In this document: one piece after another, positions 12,211-26,787 of the stretch
Position numbering within the stretch: the first letter of the stretch is position 1
How the letters are laid out: every line of letters begins with the position of its first letter
Assembly (NCBI GenBank): GCA_964016885.1
Contig: OZ024745.1
Coordinates: 103,912,001-103,976,000 of the forward strand
Direction of reading: 5' to 3'
Source: Eledone cirrhosa
Lineage: Eukaryota
Length of the DNA stretch: 64,000 bases
Program-made: the position numbers and the translations under genes
Notes under the pieces: generated by a model
The model's database searches: none
What the model saw: only the letters and a program-made list of their open reading frames with translations
Told to the model about the DNA's origin: nothing

Positions 12211-12963
12211 CATTGGCTCTTTTGCTTTCTTTTCTGACCCTCCTTATACCATGGCGATTCTAGACCTCTTTCTTCATTCTCAAATGACCAACTAATTGTT
12301 GGACTTTATTTTACCAAGTCACTAATTAAAGACTCCAGCCAAACACACTTTTGGCTACAAATTTGCATACAAAAAATGAAAAAAAAATGATAAATATAAA
12401 AAATCAAAAAATGGGAACAGACCCTGTTCTTTCCTATATGATGCTAAAGTTAAAAGAAAAATTAGTAAAAAAAAAAAAAAAAGCGTTAAGTAATTTTAAC
12501 TCTTCAAAAAACAAAACAAAACAGCAAGAGTGAAGGTGTGATGGCAAGTTTCTCTCAAGATCTTGCTCTGTGAAAATCTTATTTGGGTTACCTATGTTGA
12601 GCAGAGTAGCTTTTGAATGACAGCTAAGCTATCTATACGTATGTCTCATACATTAATTACATACACTAATCTCTTACAGAAGTGTATGTGTATAGGTGTG
12701 CGCGTGTGTGTATGTATAAATGTATGTTTAATTCTCCAATTGGTTGTCAGTATTTAACTTCCAACTCATTCTGTGATGGTATTTTTTTTTTTTTTTTGTT
12801 CCTTTATACACCTCTTCCGGTTCAAACTCTCAACTTTTTTTTTTTTGTTTCTAGTCTCAAAAGAAAGGTAATTTATTTATAAATGCTCAAAAAAAAAATG
12901 GTTTAAAGAGAAACAAAATTTCATTACCCTTTGTACTCAGATATTATCAATTTATATATATAT

Positions 12964-13016
<53 letters not shown>

Positions 13017-13980
13017 TTTATTTGGAACATACATTTTTCTCACTCACGCATACACACACACATGCTCAGTCTTACATAGACATAAACATATGGTAGAAAT
13101 GAAATGTGTTGGAATAACAGATCCTCTAAGGATGTTTTTTGTCTTTCAAAAGATTTCTCCCCACATGTATAACTAACTCATGCTCTTCCTCTCTTAAATA
13201 TATATATAAAAAAGATGAAATTTAACAAAAATACTAAAACAATATTGGTTTGATTGCCACCCTCCCCACTCCACTTTTATTTTTCAGAATCTTGCTGAAA
13301 TAATTTCTTAAAGTTTTAAAAACAAAATTTGAGAAATCATTCTTTGGTTGTGTGTAAATGCAGATTACTGATGAGGTTTAAAATGTTACTTTGCATAACA
13401 CCTAATAAATTATTGAAAGAAATTGCGCGCACACACATACACACGCATCTCATTGTGTGTCTGTTTGCCCCTACTTCCCCATCTCCAATATTGACCAAAA
13501 AAAAAAAGCAACAAAAAACAAAGACTACTAAAGATTTTCAGAGACATCTGAAAAGCCAAGAAAGAGTTCTGCATTGATCTGTTTGTATCAATATAATCTT
13601 CCAAGTTAGATTCTTATCCATTCTTATTTGTTTTAAGATATGGGTTGGCTAGGATCTGCTGAACAGACTGTGATATAGCAAGTTTTAAGGTCACATATAA
13701 CAGTGATGACGGAAAAGATTGTCTCAACCAATCACCTGAAAGTATCTTGAGTGTAATTGTGTAAAACTTATTAAAAGCCACTGGCTTTCTCCCCTGCCCC
13801 CCTCTACACATCTCCCCATTGTTTAAAGCTGGTATCTATAACACTAAATCTATTTTGCTGACCTATTTTCCTCTGTCTATATTCACTTGCAATTAGATAA
13901 CAATTTCTGAAGATAGCCTACAATGAATCTCTCAATAGATTATATATTCTATTAAAACATATTTTAATTTTGGTATGTTT

Positions 13981-14018
<38 letters not shown>

Positions 14019-15742
14019 GTATAGTTATTTAACTTATGTACTCATATTTATTTAAATGACCAAAGCTATTTGTTTCCATATCCTTAAAATATGATATTAG
14101 TAGCTTATATGCTGCCATTAGATATTAAATTTGAACATGTTTACACAAAGTTGGTTTAGATAATAGGTACTATTTATTTTCTTATCAAAGAAGTTGAATT
14201 TAAAGTGCTGAAACTTTCTTTCCCTTATGATTGTCTGAAGGTACATTTTTTTTTTGGTAAAGAAATATTATCAGTATTTTATACCTTTTTTGTTTTCTTT
14301 ATTGTTTCTCTCCCCTCCCTTCCCACTTGACCTCTTTGAACTTCACTAAGTTTTCTTGTTTTTTTTTACACATTAGCTGCTGACACTTAGTTTTCTGTCT
14401 ATTTCCTTTTGTGTGTTGACTTATCTTTAAGTAATTTGTTTTGGTTTAACTTTCTACTTAGTACCTTATCCTTTTATTATCTTTGCTTTCTCTATTTTCC
14501 TCATAGATAAAAATTGTTCTACCTTGTGATGCTGCTATTCATTGAATGACTATTTTAAAAAGACAATCAAAATATTTCTGTCTTGGTTATTCCAATCTTT
14601 ATTTTTAAATTCATAAAACAAAAATATTTTAGCTAAATAGCAATGTAAGACTTGCATTTAATTCCATTAATTCCCACCCATCTTACCCAGCTGATTAAGA
14701 CCTGAAGACAACTGCTTTAACTTTAACTAAAGATTTTACTAACTTATAAAAACGGTTTACTATCTAAATATAAATTGAAATTTGCATTTATTACAGAAAA
14801 TCCTATGAAAACTTAAGCTAATTTCTACTCAATTAGATTTATTCAATATTTCATCGATTAAAATCATTTCCTCTAGAGTACAATTATACGTCTGTATTAG
14901 ATAATATATGATTAAATATAACTGAATTCAGATTTACTTCTGTTTTTAATATTTGTGAAAAGTTATTAATCAGACATTTAACAAATTAATCATTTAAAAC
15001 CTATGTCAAAAGTAAATCTAAATGTTTCTGATAATTAAGAATATTTTTTGTATTTTTCCTGAATATTGTTCAGATCTTAGATATAAACATTGAAAGTTTT
15101 GGCAAAATCGATGTCTATTAATTCTGTCAAAATAGAGCGTAAAATTGTTCCATGTTCTGTTTTTAGGAGTCCCTCCCTCCTCTTCCCCTGAGATATATGC
15201 AATATTTTGTAATTAAAAAAATTTTTTTTTAATTTCTCTACCACTCCTTCAGTTCCAGTAGACCAAAATTGCATTAAGGCTAAAATGTTATTGTTATTAC
15301 ATACTGTTTCCTACCTGCTGGTGTTAACTGTTGATTTTCATTGTGCTGCTAATTTGTGTTCTTGTTTGTTTTTTTTATTATTATTTGCATACTTTAATAT
15401 TTAGTCTATAAAACAGCAAAATAATTGGTCACTGAACTTTTCAGCATTTTTCTTTGTTGATTTAAAAATAAAAAAATTAAAAGTTGTATTTTAGCAATGA
15501 AGATATGTCTAAGGTACTGTGACAGGTGGTAGTTTTAGATTGCAGATACTTCTGTCATTATATTCACTGCTACACTAAATTTATAACAGAAAGACAGCAT
15601 AGTTATTTAGCACAATGATTTTTTTTTTTTCTATTATTGTTTTTTATTAAATTCAGTAGAGTTCCATACTTAAAATCTTTATCAATGAAGTTTAAGATTT
15701 TTTTTTAGTAAGTCTTCCAAGTGTTGAACACATGATTAGTTT

Positions 15743-15784
<42 letters not shown>

Positions 15785-18700
15785 ATTAAAGCTGGTACAT
15801 CAGTTGAGTCTAAATCATTTTTAAACATTTCATTCCTATTTTGGATTTGTGCAGATTATATTTATTTCCTATATATATATATGTATATTTCTATATATCT
15901 ATCTCTCCATATATATATTTATTTACTCTGGATTCAGTTCCATAATCTAAACTTTCCAAAGCCCATTCTGCACTGGCTCCGTCTTAGTTATTTATTATTA
16001 TTTTAAATGTTTCAAAAAGTTTTATATACATTGACAGATGTACTAAACATTAAATATATGTGTATTCTCCTTTTTTTATCTTTCCATCAGATCTGCACCT
16101 TGAATAGTTTAATTAAAACCTTTATAGAAATAATGGAATGAGGAGATAGTAATGAATTGTGGTTGAATCAAAGATTCAACAGTAGTTTATATTCAATTAT
16201 ATATAATAGAGGCAGCAAAAATACTCACTTCTTTAAGGAAAACAACATAATCTATCTGCTTTAGTTTTTTTCTTATTAAGCATCATCTTCCAGCTAAGAT
16301 TTTATATACTTGATAAATGGAAACAAAGGGTAGTATTTATATCAGGAAATATGTTAAAAAGAACCAGTTAACTTCTTTTTGATTCATGTTTTCTGTTTGT
16401 TTCTGCTGACATAATTCTACATTTGTTCAAATTTCCTGAAAGTGAATATGATACATACATAGAAATTATAAGGATTATAGATATAAATCCATGCTAAGCT
16501 TTGATAGATAAAGTTCAGTGTCTGAGTTGGAGGAATACTTCTGCTCTTGGTGCAGTGATGTCTTCAAAAAATATTTATATGCAATTTAAGTATTTCATCT
16601 CTACTAAATGTCTGCACTTTTTTTAATCCTCAGTGATCTGCAACATTGGATTTTGTGACTGTCATATATTGTACTGTCATGACAGCATAGAGATTTTACG
16701 AAATTTCCATCTTTGCAGAATTTACATTCCATCTCTTATAAATATTGAAATGTTTGGTCAAGGTTTAGACTATCTGAATTTACTTTTTTCTATTATATAT
16801 ACATGATTGAAAGTATAACTTTCCTATCTATATATACGTGAATGAAAATATAACTTTCCTATCTTTCTGAAAACTAAAAGAGACTTCTGAAATAAATTAC
16901 TTTCTGATAGTTTAGGCTAAAGAACCAATCCTTCATTATAGTTTAACCTATAATGATAATTAGCTCATATAAAAATAAATCACACAAGAACTTTTAAAAA
17001 GTAAAACAGACTTTTTTTTTTTTTTTTTTTCACTAAAATTACACTGACAAGGCTTCGCCTATTGACATCTACTGCTCTTTGTTAGCCCCATTTTTTTTTT
17101 TTTTTTTCTTTTTACCTTTGTGTAAAATTTTGTTGTCCTTAAAGGTCCAAGACTTCAAAATATGAGAAGCCAAAAGAATAAACTGCTGTAATGTCTTCTG
17201 CATAAGACCGTCAGCAAACTTTTTCCCTATGGTATTCTGTTTGGTAAAAAAATAAAACAAACAAAAAGAAACTCTTGCACTCTGATAGCTGAAGAGCATT
17301 GAGTACTGAATTGTGATGCAAAACGATGGTAACTGAATGACCAAGTGCCTCTGCTGTTGTCTGTGCTTTTTTTTCTTTTTTTTTTTTTTTTTCCCTCAAA
17401 TGATATCAAGAATCATTCCTTTTGAAACATGAAGATTTAAGTTCCATTTAAAAAAAAAAAAAAAAAAAATTAAATGGCTTGCACTTAAATAAAATGTGCT
17501 ATGTCTTTTTTTCTATTATATTACAACTTTTGGTTCAAATTTTTTTTAACCACTTCTCTTTTCACTGTTCTGTGTGATGAGTGATCTGATAGAGAATTTA
17601 ACTGCTTGCTCTTGTTTATACAATTTGTTGGTGTCCAATTAATTTAGCATAATAACTGAAATCATATCATGTTGCCTCAGTTCTTTCTAATTTGATCTTT
17701 CAAAAACAACAAATAAGGACTAACCAGTTTTAATACATAAAAAAAAATATTAGTTGTAAAACTTGACATTTATTTCTTGAAATAGCCTCTCGAAAAATTT
17801 AAGTTTCTTCTCATATACAAAGGCTTTTGAAACATGCTGACAAATGAACTTCCATTTTAAATTAGACCTTTAACATATTTGTGCTTATATTAAACATGTG
17901 ATAGATTCTCAGCTATTATCAAAAAGAAGAAAAGTAAATTCACCTTCTAAACAAGCAATGCATTTTGATATACCTTTACTTGAACAGTATACAGCTCCCC
18001 ACTCCCAGGTCTTTTTAATTCAATACTCAGCATCTTGTTTGTTGCAACTGTCTGTGTTTTTCTTGTTGCTAAGCTGATTTTCAGTTTTAAAAACAAACAA
18101 AAGATAAACTGATACCATTGCTGTGAAACATGACTGACTCAGCTAATAAGGAAGTTGTTATTAAAGTGCTGTATAAGTTGGTTTCTTTACTCTATCTTCT
18201 CACTCTAGCATTGGTCAATGTAAACTGCTTGAATGTGGGATGGGTGGGTGTTCATTCATGATTAAAAACTTTTATAAAGTTGTCAAAATCAAACTGGAAG
18301 TTCCTCCTTCCTCTGCTTAGTGCCCCTCTAAAAAAAAGTGATCTTATTTGTTCCAAAGTTCTTATATATATCTAGCTGATATCTAAAAATTATTTTTACA
18401 TAAAGTAATTTTTTAAAATCTGAAATGCTTTGGTTGCTGACATTGGTCAAATCCTGCAATCAAATCACTTAAATTAGAACTGTCAACAGATGTTCTTACC
18501 TCTTCCTCACACCATTACTCTTTTTTTCATAACACACAAACACATTTTGATATGTTTGTCTATATAGATATGTTTATTTATATATATAATTTTATGCAAG
18601 AGAAATTCAAAGTATGGCAAAAAGAAAAGATTCTATCTAGATTTAATATAGGAAATAAATCAATATACTGCTTGAAAAATATATTAAAATATAATTCCCT

Positions 18701-20124
18701 TATGTGCTGATTACTTGCAGAGGTGGTGCCATGGCCAATTTATTATATCAGAAGCATAGTTATTTATAATTGAAAATTTAAAGTATGGGCTAAAAAATCT
18801 GAGCTTTCATGCATGTCTTAGTGCTTTTGACTTAACTATTGGCTTCTGGTACTTTTTACACCACCACCCTCTATTGCATCTATTAAATATAAGATTGCTG
18901 GCAAGTAATAAAGTTGATGCAGGACCTGAGAGGTATAAGTAGAAAAATAACACAACTAGCTCAGTCTAATTTTATTCAGCTGTCAAGTGATGAGGGAGAT
19001 ACGTAGATATTTAAAATCACTTCGGCTTTAGATCTTTGCTCTGAGGTTAGTATCTGGAAATAGAAAACCTCTAAGAGGTTATTACATACATTTCTTCAAA
19101 TTATAAATGTCTTCTCTCAACACTTCAGTGCAAATGAAATTGGAGCTTATTGCAGTTACGTAACGATAGTAAACTTTTTTTAAATAAAATACAAAATCTC
19201 TTATTTCTCCTACAAAACGTTTGCCAAGTGCAAGCTTTAGAACTTCACTTCAAAAGATTCTTCTAAGGCACCTTCTTGTTTACCTTTTTTTATGTGGCAC
19301 TTGGTGTTCTCTGAAGAAATTTTACAGTCAGTCAGAGATAAGGGTCATTTAGTATTCCATACTGTTCTGTTGAATATAGTTTAAGGTGTTAACTGGAAAA
19401 CATTGTGATATCACTGTTTGTTAGCAGTTTGGTGTTTCAAATTCCAATTGTTGGTGAGGGAATGTATTAACTCTTTCGTTGCCTCAAAGTTTGATTTTCC
19501 CCTCTAATAAAAAATTTTTTTTTAAATAAAATTATATATATATATATTATATTTATATATATATATATATATAGTCCAGTATGTTTCATAAATTATCCCT
19601 GAAAGCTAAAGCAAAAGTATTTTTGAGAGTTGCTGGACATTTTTACATCAGATTGCTATTCATTGAAATGGATGAGGGGTAATTTGATAAAATTTCAGAA
19701 CACACTGTAATATGAAAACTCACCCGTCACTACCCCTTTCCCTTCTCTTAGACTTTAAACAGTTCATTGTTCGTAAGGAGAGAGTGTGTGCGAGAAAGAA
19801 AATAACTGCTGTTGAATCTGGGGTATGGTTGCTTACGAAACATTTCCTATCAATTATTGTTAGTCTGACCAGATGACTGGATTTTCATCAGTCTGACCTC
19901 AAAACATTCCCCCCACTCTCAACTTATATTTTAGTGAAGACAAAAAAAAAAAAGAAAAAATATTAAACTTTTGGGGTCCTTAAATTCATCCTAACCTATC
20001 CTATACTATTTTTTCCGGATACTAGACCCACAATGTATGTAGAAAAAAAAACATACAAACTTGTGAATTGTCTTACCTAAAATAAGTCGTGTATATTATT
20101 AAAGACACGTACTATTAATGGACA

Positions 20125-20190
20125 AATAAATATTTAATTAAATGTGAAGCAATCCCAATGTGTTTCTGTTGTCTTATTTTGTTGTATTTA
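20125..20190 (+). terminator. Candidate distal polyadenylation signal of ELL
   Basis: AATAAA 20125-20130, ATTAAA 20138-20143, then a GT/T-rich tract (TGTGTTTCTGTTGTCTTATTTTGTTG), at the end of the transposon-free block. Confidence 0.45.
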
Positions 20191-21282
20191 TCTTTGAATT
20201 TCTGTGTAATATATATATATATATGGATTTTTTTTTTTTTTTTTTTTTCTTCTTCTTCTTCTTCAACCGTATTCTTAACATACAGCTCATCTTAATGCAG
20301 TCAGAACCATGCATTTTATCTCAGATGGACTGTATATACACATTGAGCAATATAACCAATTCTTTGATTGTTGAAACAGTGTTTCTGAAAGAGTGCTGGC
20401 CATTAGAAGTGTATTATGATGGTGATAAGCAGGCATTGGTCATTTTACAAGTTCATAAGAGTATTTGGGACATGATCAAAAATGGTTGAGAACCACTGGT
20501 TTTGAGCATGCTTTGAGATAGATATTGAAGTTTTTCATCCCAATGAACAAACTTGCCTTTGTATGTACGTATGCGTGCGCGCACACACACACACACACAC
20601 TCTCTCTCTCTGTTCGGTTGTACGTGACTAATTGAGATGTTAATGTAATTCTTTGCTGGGCTTGTTAATTTTGAAGATACACATAGTCTACTCAATAGGG
20701 CCTAAATATGTTTAAGACATATTGCCAGTTATGTTTTATAATCTGTACTGACTTTTGATGGATCAATAAAAGGACAATATTTTTAAGTTCCTTAGCTTCT
20801 CATCCAGCATTCCTACAAAAAGCAGTTTCAGCCATGACTAATCTGATAGTTTTATCTAGGTACAGATTATTAAATGTTTTTCCTGTAAAATTGAAATTCA
20901 ATTGTTATTTTTAACAGGATTAGCAATTGCGTTGGAGTTATGATTTAGCATCAAGTCAGCGCTGGTCCAGCAAACCTATTGTAAAAGGCATTAAATTTAG
21001 CACCATCTCATCTCATATAGAAACCTTATCCAATGTGTTCTTTAAGATGTGATTTGAGAGATTTGGCTGTTGTTTCCAGGTAGAAAAAAATTTAACTGAT
21101 TTGGTATTAATATTTGAACAAACCATATAAAGAACACTGCTTATGATTTTCAAATAATCAAGGATTTAGTAAAATGTTTTTATTAAACTGGTGTTGGAGG
21201 ATAAAAGTTTTTACCTAAAATTTCAATTGAAGGTTTTCAGATAAATATAAACATCTTAAAACAAAAACCAAGTGCAGTTTTA

Positions 21283-22191
21283 TCTGTTAGACACGCAGTG
21301 ACTAACAGAATGTTTTAAGTCTGCGTGTCTGACATACATGCGTAGCTTGTGAATAAAAAATTACAAGGGGTGGGGATGCCTCCCAAACATCTTTTGTAAT
21401 TTATTGTCTTATTGGCTAATCAGCCAACGAGAGTAATTGTTGCTCAAAAGCATCTGCCACTGTGTTTCCACGTTTATTTATCATTTTGCTTTCGAATTTT
21501 CCTCCAGTATTTCGTCGTTTTATCATCAAAATATTTTTCTCGTTTTGGTAAGTTATATTGTTAATTTATATAGGATTTTTTTTTTAAAATTTATATTAAC
21601 TATTAAAAGTCTGAAAATATTTTTATACATCTTACAATAATATTTATAAGATCATTTATAAAATAACAATTATATAATCTAATTACATTACAACGATAAT
21701 TTATTATTAATATATATCTTGTTTAACTACAGTTATTACAAGCGTTGCCTTAAAAATATATTAAACTAGACCTGAAAAATGCGCAAGCTCAAAAGAGCCA
21801 CAGAATGTTATAATAAACCTTCAAAAGTGTGGGACTAGAGTTGTTGCTCAAAAATATTGTAATCATTATCTATCGTACATTCTGGCATCCTTTTATAAAA
21901 AAAGAGACTCATAAATAATTATCGTGTCTCTTGAGTTCGTTAAACCGAATTCTATATTATAAATTCACTTAAGTGCATTACTAAACATCTAATATGAGAT
22001 ATTGAACATTAGCTTAAATAATTATTGTCGTCTTGAGTTCGTTATGAGTCTCTTCTTTATAAAAGGATGCCACAGAGTGTACGATAGATAATGATTACAA
22101 TATTTTTGAGCAACAACTCTAGTCCCACACTTTCGAAGGTTTATTATAACATTCTGTGGCTCTTTTGAGCTTGCGCACTTTTCAGGCCTAG
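21283..22191 (+). mobile_element. Helitron-like non-autonomous element with long terminal foldback
   Basis: A|TC start, CTAG|T end, 5' hairpin 21286-21333, about 150-bp inverted arms 21762-21914 / 22042-22195. Confidence 0.5.
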
Positions 22192-22239
22192 TTTATATAC
22201 AAAACATGGAAAGAACTAAAGCTTGAAATAAGTAGACCC

Positions 22240-23850
22240 ATGCCAACTAGCCCACCTGGCCTCCGTTTTGGTCAAGCCTAGGTGAAGGTGTTTAGTCAGT
22301 GTTCAGTACCTATGCATGACCTTTCACACTGCTGAGATTCATGCAGTTGATGTTCAGCTTGAATATTTGTAGGGATGTGGAGAGAATTTCGGGGAATGAG
22401 AAGAATCTGAAATGAAGAAATATGAGTTGTGGGTGAGGTAATGCTTGGTAGATTCAATTGGCTATACACTCCTTTGTGGTGTTTGATTGACAAGATCATT
22501 AGTGTTGGGCAAATATATCACAGTAAAAATTCTGTCTCCTTGTGTTCTGAATTCATGAGAGCTTGCTGTGACTCCTTCGTCTTGAGAGATAGGGTCAGGT
22601 TTCCAAAACACCAAAGAGGACACAGCTTCATTTGAAGCCTGATGACAATGGCCAGCACACTTCACCCTCTTACGTACACCAGTTGTAGACCATTATATAT
22701 CATCTGAGAAGTGATATATATATAGGCTCTGGCAAGACATTTGTGTTGCTTGGCTGAGAGTGTCTCAAGTCACACTACCATAGAGTAGTATTGGCTAGAT
22801 TGTGGCTTGGAGGAGTTAGGAAGACTGGTGCACCAAATATGGCCTGACTTCTTGCAAGCTGACCATGCTTAGGTTTTTCTGGTGGTAAAGTCCTTCCCAG
22901 AATCTATGATCCCTGACTTTTTTGATAGTACTCCCATCATGAGCTTTGAGGATGAATTCAGATGAAGAGTTAGAGATGTATTTCGTCTTGCCTTCATTAA
23001 GGTGTAGGTAGCTGCTTCTTGGAGTGAAATAAGGAGATGGACATTCTCCATGCAGTCTGCTAGAAGAGAAATATTAGTAAAGTTGAGGTCTGTGGGATGA
23101 GTTGAGGGGTGACTAGAACTTTTTCAAGGTTTGATGGTAATGCCTTTATCATTGATTCTCTCCAATGAGAGTGTAAAGCAATGACATAGGAATGAGGCAA
23201 GTGTGTTGCCTTGCAAAGAAGTCAGATGTGATAATAGTGGCACTAGTTTTCTCATAAAGAACCTTGATCGTTTCCACAATCCTGGAAAAGTGCCATACAG
23301 TGGAAGAATTTCAAAGAGAATATCTCTGTTTATGCTGTTAGAAGCCTTTTTACAATCGACAAAAACGAGTCATTTCTTTGTTTGATTTTCTAATTTCCTC
23401 AATAATCCTTCTTAGTGCTAGAATCTGTGCAAGAGGAAACCTTCCATGTCTAAAACCCTCTGGTTGATGCAAAGAATTGGGTCAATCAAAGATACAACAC
23501 AGTTTAGAATGTGCTTCTTGAACACGTAAGCAGCAATAGGCATCAGAGATTCCATGGTAGTTTTTTGTTGATGAAAGGTTGCCTTTCTTTGGAATTAGAA
23601 TCATGCTAGTTTTGAGGGTGGAGAACGATTATTGCAGATTGATAAAAAAAACTGAAGCTAAGTTGGGATCCTTCCAAATCAAACTGGGTTTAGTATCAAG
23701 AACTGGTGCCTCCTTGTTTTGAAGGGATTCGAGGACATAATTTATTTCACTCAAAGAGAAGGCATCAGTTGAGATATTCAAATGAGGTGGGATCACAACA
23801 CTTGGAAGAGTGCCTTCAACAGACGAACCTTCACCTGTTGAAGGCACTTT
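22240..23850 (-). mobile_element. LINE reverse transcriptase relic (RTE-like), frameshifted
   Basis: Minus-strand fragments ILIPKKGNLSSTKNYHGIS, AQILALRRIIEE, LVFVDCKKASNSINR match LINE RT motifs (IPKKG..NYRGISL; FVDFKKAFDSI). Confidence 0.85.
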
Positions 23851-23959
23851 TCCAAGGGTTGTGTTCACCCTCCTCACCAGGCTAACTTGGTGGGGTTACA
23901 ACTCAACCATGTGACAGGTTGTACTAGGTTACATGTTTCCAGTAGTACTTGAGAGCAAC

Positions 23960-24085
23960 CTGACAGTTGGCTTTTCCCATAAAACCTGTCTAGTAATGTT
24001 TTCTTTAGACATTCTAACTACATGTTTGTAGTACTGAAGCTGTGAGCTCTTGATGTGGAGAAGTAGTGGCTATACCTGGAGTGAC
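23960..24085 (-). mobile_element. RTE LINE fragment
   Basis: PLLLHIKSSQLQYYKHVVRMSKE, same family as 29650-29940. Confidence 0.65.
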
Positions 24086-25397
24086 TCACCTCAACTCTGA
24101 GCTACACTCAAGTAACATTACTCCCAAAATCCTTGGGAGGAATCCCCATTTCGGTTGCTTGTATTTGCATTGGGGGTTCACAATAGTATTTTAGGAATCT
24201 ATGAAAATATTTTACTTTGAAAGAAAATATAAAAAAAAACATAAAACAGTTAACCAAAGCAATTAGTCAAAATATTCCATAGGGAATTAATAGAAATGAA
24301 AAGAAATGATACTGGAGAATATCAAAAACAATGACAACCAGAATCAGTAGTGATGAATTACATACAGACACACATATATATGCACATAAAGAAAATATTG
24401 TCTCCAGTTTATTTTCCCGGCAACTTCGGCTGACATTGGGTAGAACAGATAATGGAGTTCACCTGAGTAAAGTAGGAATCAAGGGGCTCAAGGTGAAAAA
24501 AAGGTTAACTTCTGGTCTAAATATTAAACAACCATTTCTGTGGCATGTTTTCCCAGTAATACAAGATGAAGAAATCAACTTTACCTTTCATCCTTCTAGG
24601 ATCAATTAAATAAAGTACCAGTAGTACCAGTCAAGTAAAGGAATAGATTTAATCATCTAGCCCCTTCTCAACCCACTAGAAATAATAGTTAAATCTCACC
24701 CCCACCCCCATCTTCTAAAAATGGTAGAATATATTTATCAGTGAGTGTTTTACTATATTTTTCTGGCAATATTAGAACAACATGACCCTCCCTAATATAA
24801 CAATATTTGTTTCACCACACTATTTCATATAAAAAAAAAAATAAAAAAAAAAAAACCTTGCAAAACAAATACATCGCCATCATATTTAACAATCTCCTGG
24901 ATTGTATGAATAAGATGGGCTAGTCATAACTGGAATGTCTTTAATCATGTGTCCGTGTCATCAGAGCTGACCTGGTGTTAAACATCCTCAACCCCTAAGT
25001 AGGAAACATCTGTGTGGTTCTTTGACTTGCTAGAAATATGAGCCAAATTTCACTTAACACCCTGTCATCTAAAACAGGAGGGATATATTGTATAATGTGG
25101 TCTTAAATACACATATCTGGGGGTGCAAAGGACATGATCATAACTGGAGCATAGGTTTGTCCACACATAGTTGATCTAGTGCTAAACAACTAACAATACT
25201 ACTAACCAACATCATAGCCTCTATGTAATCTTTTGAACCTGCTAAAAATAGCAGTCAAATCACACCTTACTATCTTCAAAAATGGAATAACACATGGCAT
25301 ATGTAATATTAGGCTCCTCATGATTGAAAAAAATATGACTAAATGGTCATACCAGAAATATGATTAAACAACCTCAACTCTTATCCAAAAGGGAGGA

Positions 25398-25845
25398 TCA
25401 TCATCATCATCACCATTTAACGTACATTTTTCCACACTGGCTTGGGTTAGACACATTATCCTGTTGTGAGGGGAATATCTAGTTCATACAGATTTTGACT
25501 TGGTTTCTACAGCTGGATGCCCTTCCTTGTGCTAACCTCATTTACAGTGAGTATCGGGTGTTTTTTGTCGTGACACCTACACGACCACTTTGCAGTGACT
25601 TTGGGTGCTTTTAGTCGTGATGCCTACACAACCACTTTACAGAGAGTACTGGGTACTTTTTGTCGTGATGGCTACACGACCACTTTACAGAGACTACTGG
25701 GGGCTTTTAGCCGTGACACCTACACGACCACTTTACAGAGAGTACTGGGTACTTTTTGTTGACACTATCACGACCACTTTACAGTGAGCACTGGGCACTT
25801 TTTGTTGTGCCACCATCACGACCACTTTACAGCGTGGGCTGGAGG
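25398..25845 (-). mobile_element. RTE-tailed retroelement with about 6 tandem 48-bp units
   Basis: (CAT)n tail, family motif, tandem ACACGACCACTTTACAG units (16-aa periodicity in ORF 25605). Confidence 0.8.
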
Positions 25846-26068
25846 TTTCACTGGATGTATACTTCAGTTTGTCCTCATGGGATTGAGGGGGCAGATGCTA
25901 CTACCAAATCTAAGGTGATGAAACAGGTCCTTTACAGCAATCACATTCAATTGTGATCATTATCAGCAAATCAAAACAAAATTGTGATGTAAGCCTTTTG
26001 GACTTTTCAATCTCATTTTAATTTTATCATCTAAACAACTAGGTAATTAATTATAGAAATCATGTGAT

Positions 26069-26332
26069 GTGTTGTTTCCTTGAGCAAGACACTTTATTTC
26101 ACATTGCTCCAATTTACTCAGCTGTAGAAATGAGATGATAGGGACTGGGGTCCCTATCATTCCACTGCAAAGTGGTCGTGCAGGTGCCACGGCAAAACAG
26201 CACCCAGCACTCACTGTAAATGAGGTTGGTGTTAGGAAGGGCATCCAGCTGTAGAAATCAAGCCAGAATCAGTTCCCGTCCCACCCTTGCAAGCAGGGAA
26301 AAGCGGACGTAAAATGATGATGATGATGATGA
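26069..26332 (+). mobile_element. Composite SINE: CORE-like segment joined to RTE-type 3' end
   Basis: TTTCCTTGAGCAAGACACTTTATTTCAC (also at about 50110), then one 48-bp unit and GGACGTAAAATGATGATG tail. Confidence 0.6.
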
Positions 26333-26503
26333 AATCAATAACTAAATAATTTAGAAAAGACTCAGCAACCAAGCAGACTATCATTGATATGTAATCCACC
26401 CATCTCTGCCAATTAAGAAATTTTTCTCCCAATATTAATAGAAAGCTAACATGAAATGAATACAGAAATGTTTCTCTACATGTGATGAGATTAAAATTCA
26501 AAT

Positions 26504-26660
26504 GTAGACCCCAAGCAAGATGGTTGGATAACATCCGTGAGCTTGGCTGGTCATGCTTGGGGATCCAGCTGGATCAGTTAAAGATAGTTGTTTCTGGAAG
26601 GAGTGTTTGAGGACCCTGCCCCCACGACCCTCTCAGGAATAAGTAGATGAAGAAGAAGAG
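26504..26660 (+). mobile_element. RTE LINE 3' end
   Basis: RPQARWLDNIRELGWSCLGIQLDQL followed by a GAA-rich tail; matches 29650-29810 and 11810-11885. Confidence 0.75.
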
Positions 26661-26787
26661 CAAGTATTTTACACTACTAAATTACTATCATAGACATCAA
26701 TTGCCACCAACAGCTGAAAGAAAATTGTGTTGGTATTTTTACTGTATTTCTGTTTTTCATATAGCTCTAAGTCTATTTCTATTTAGA

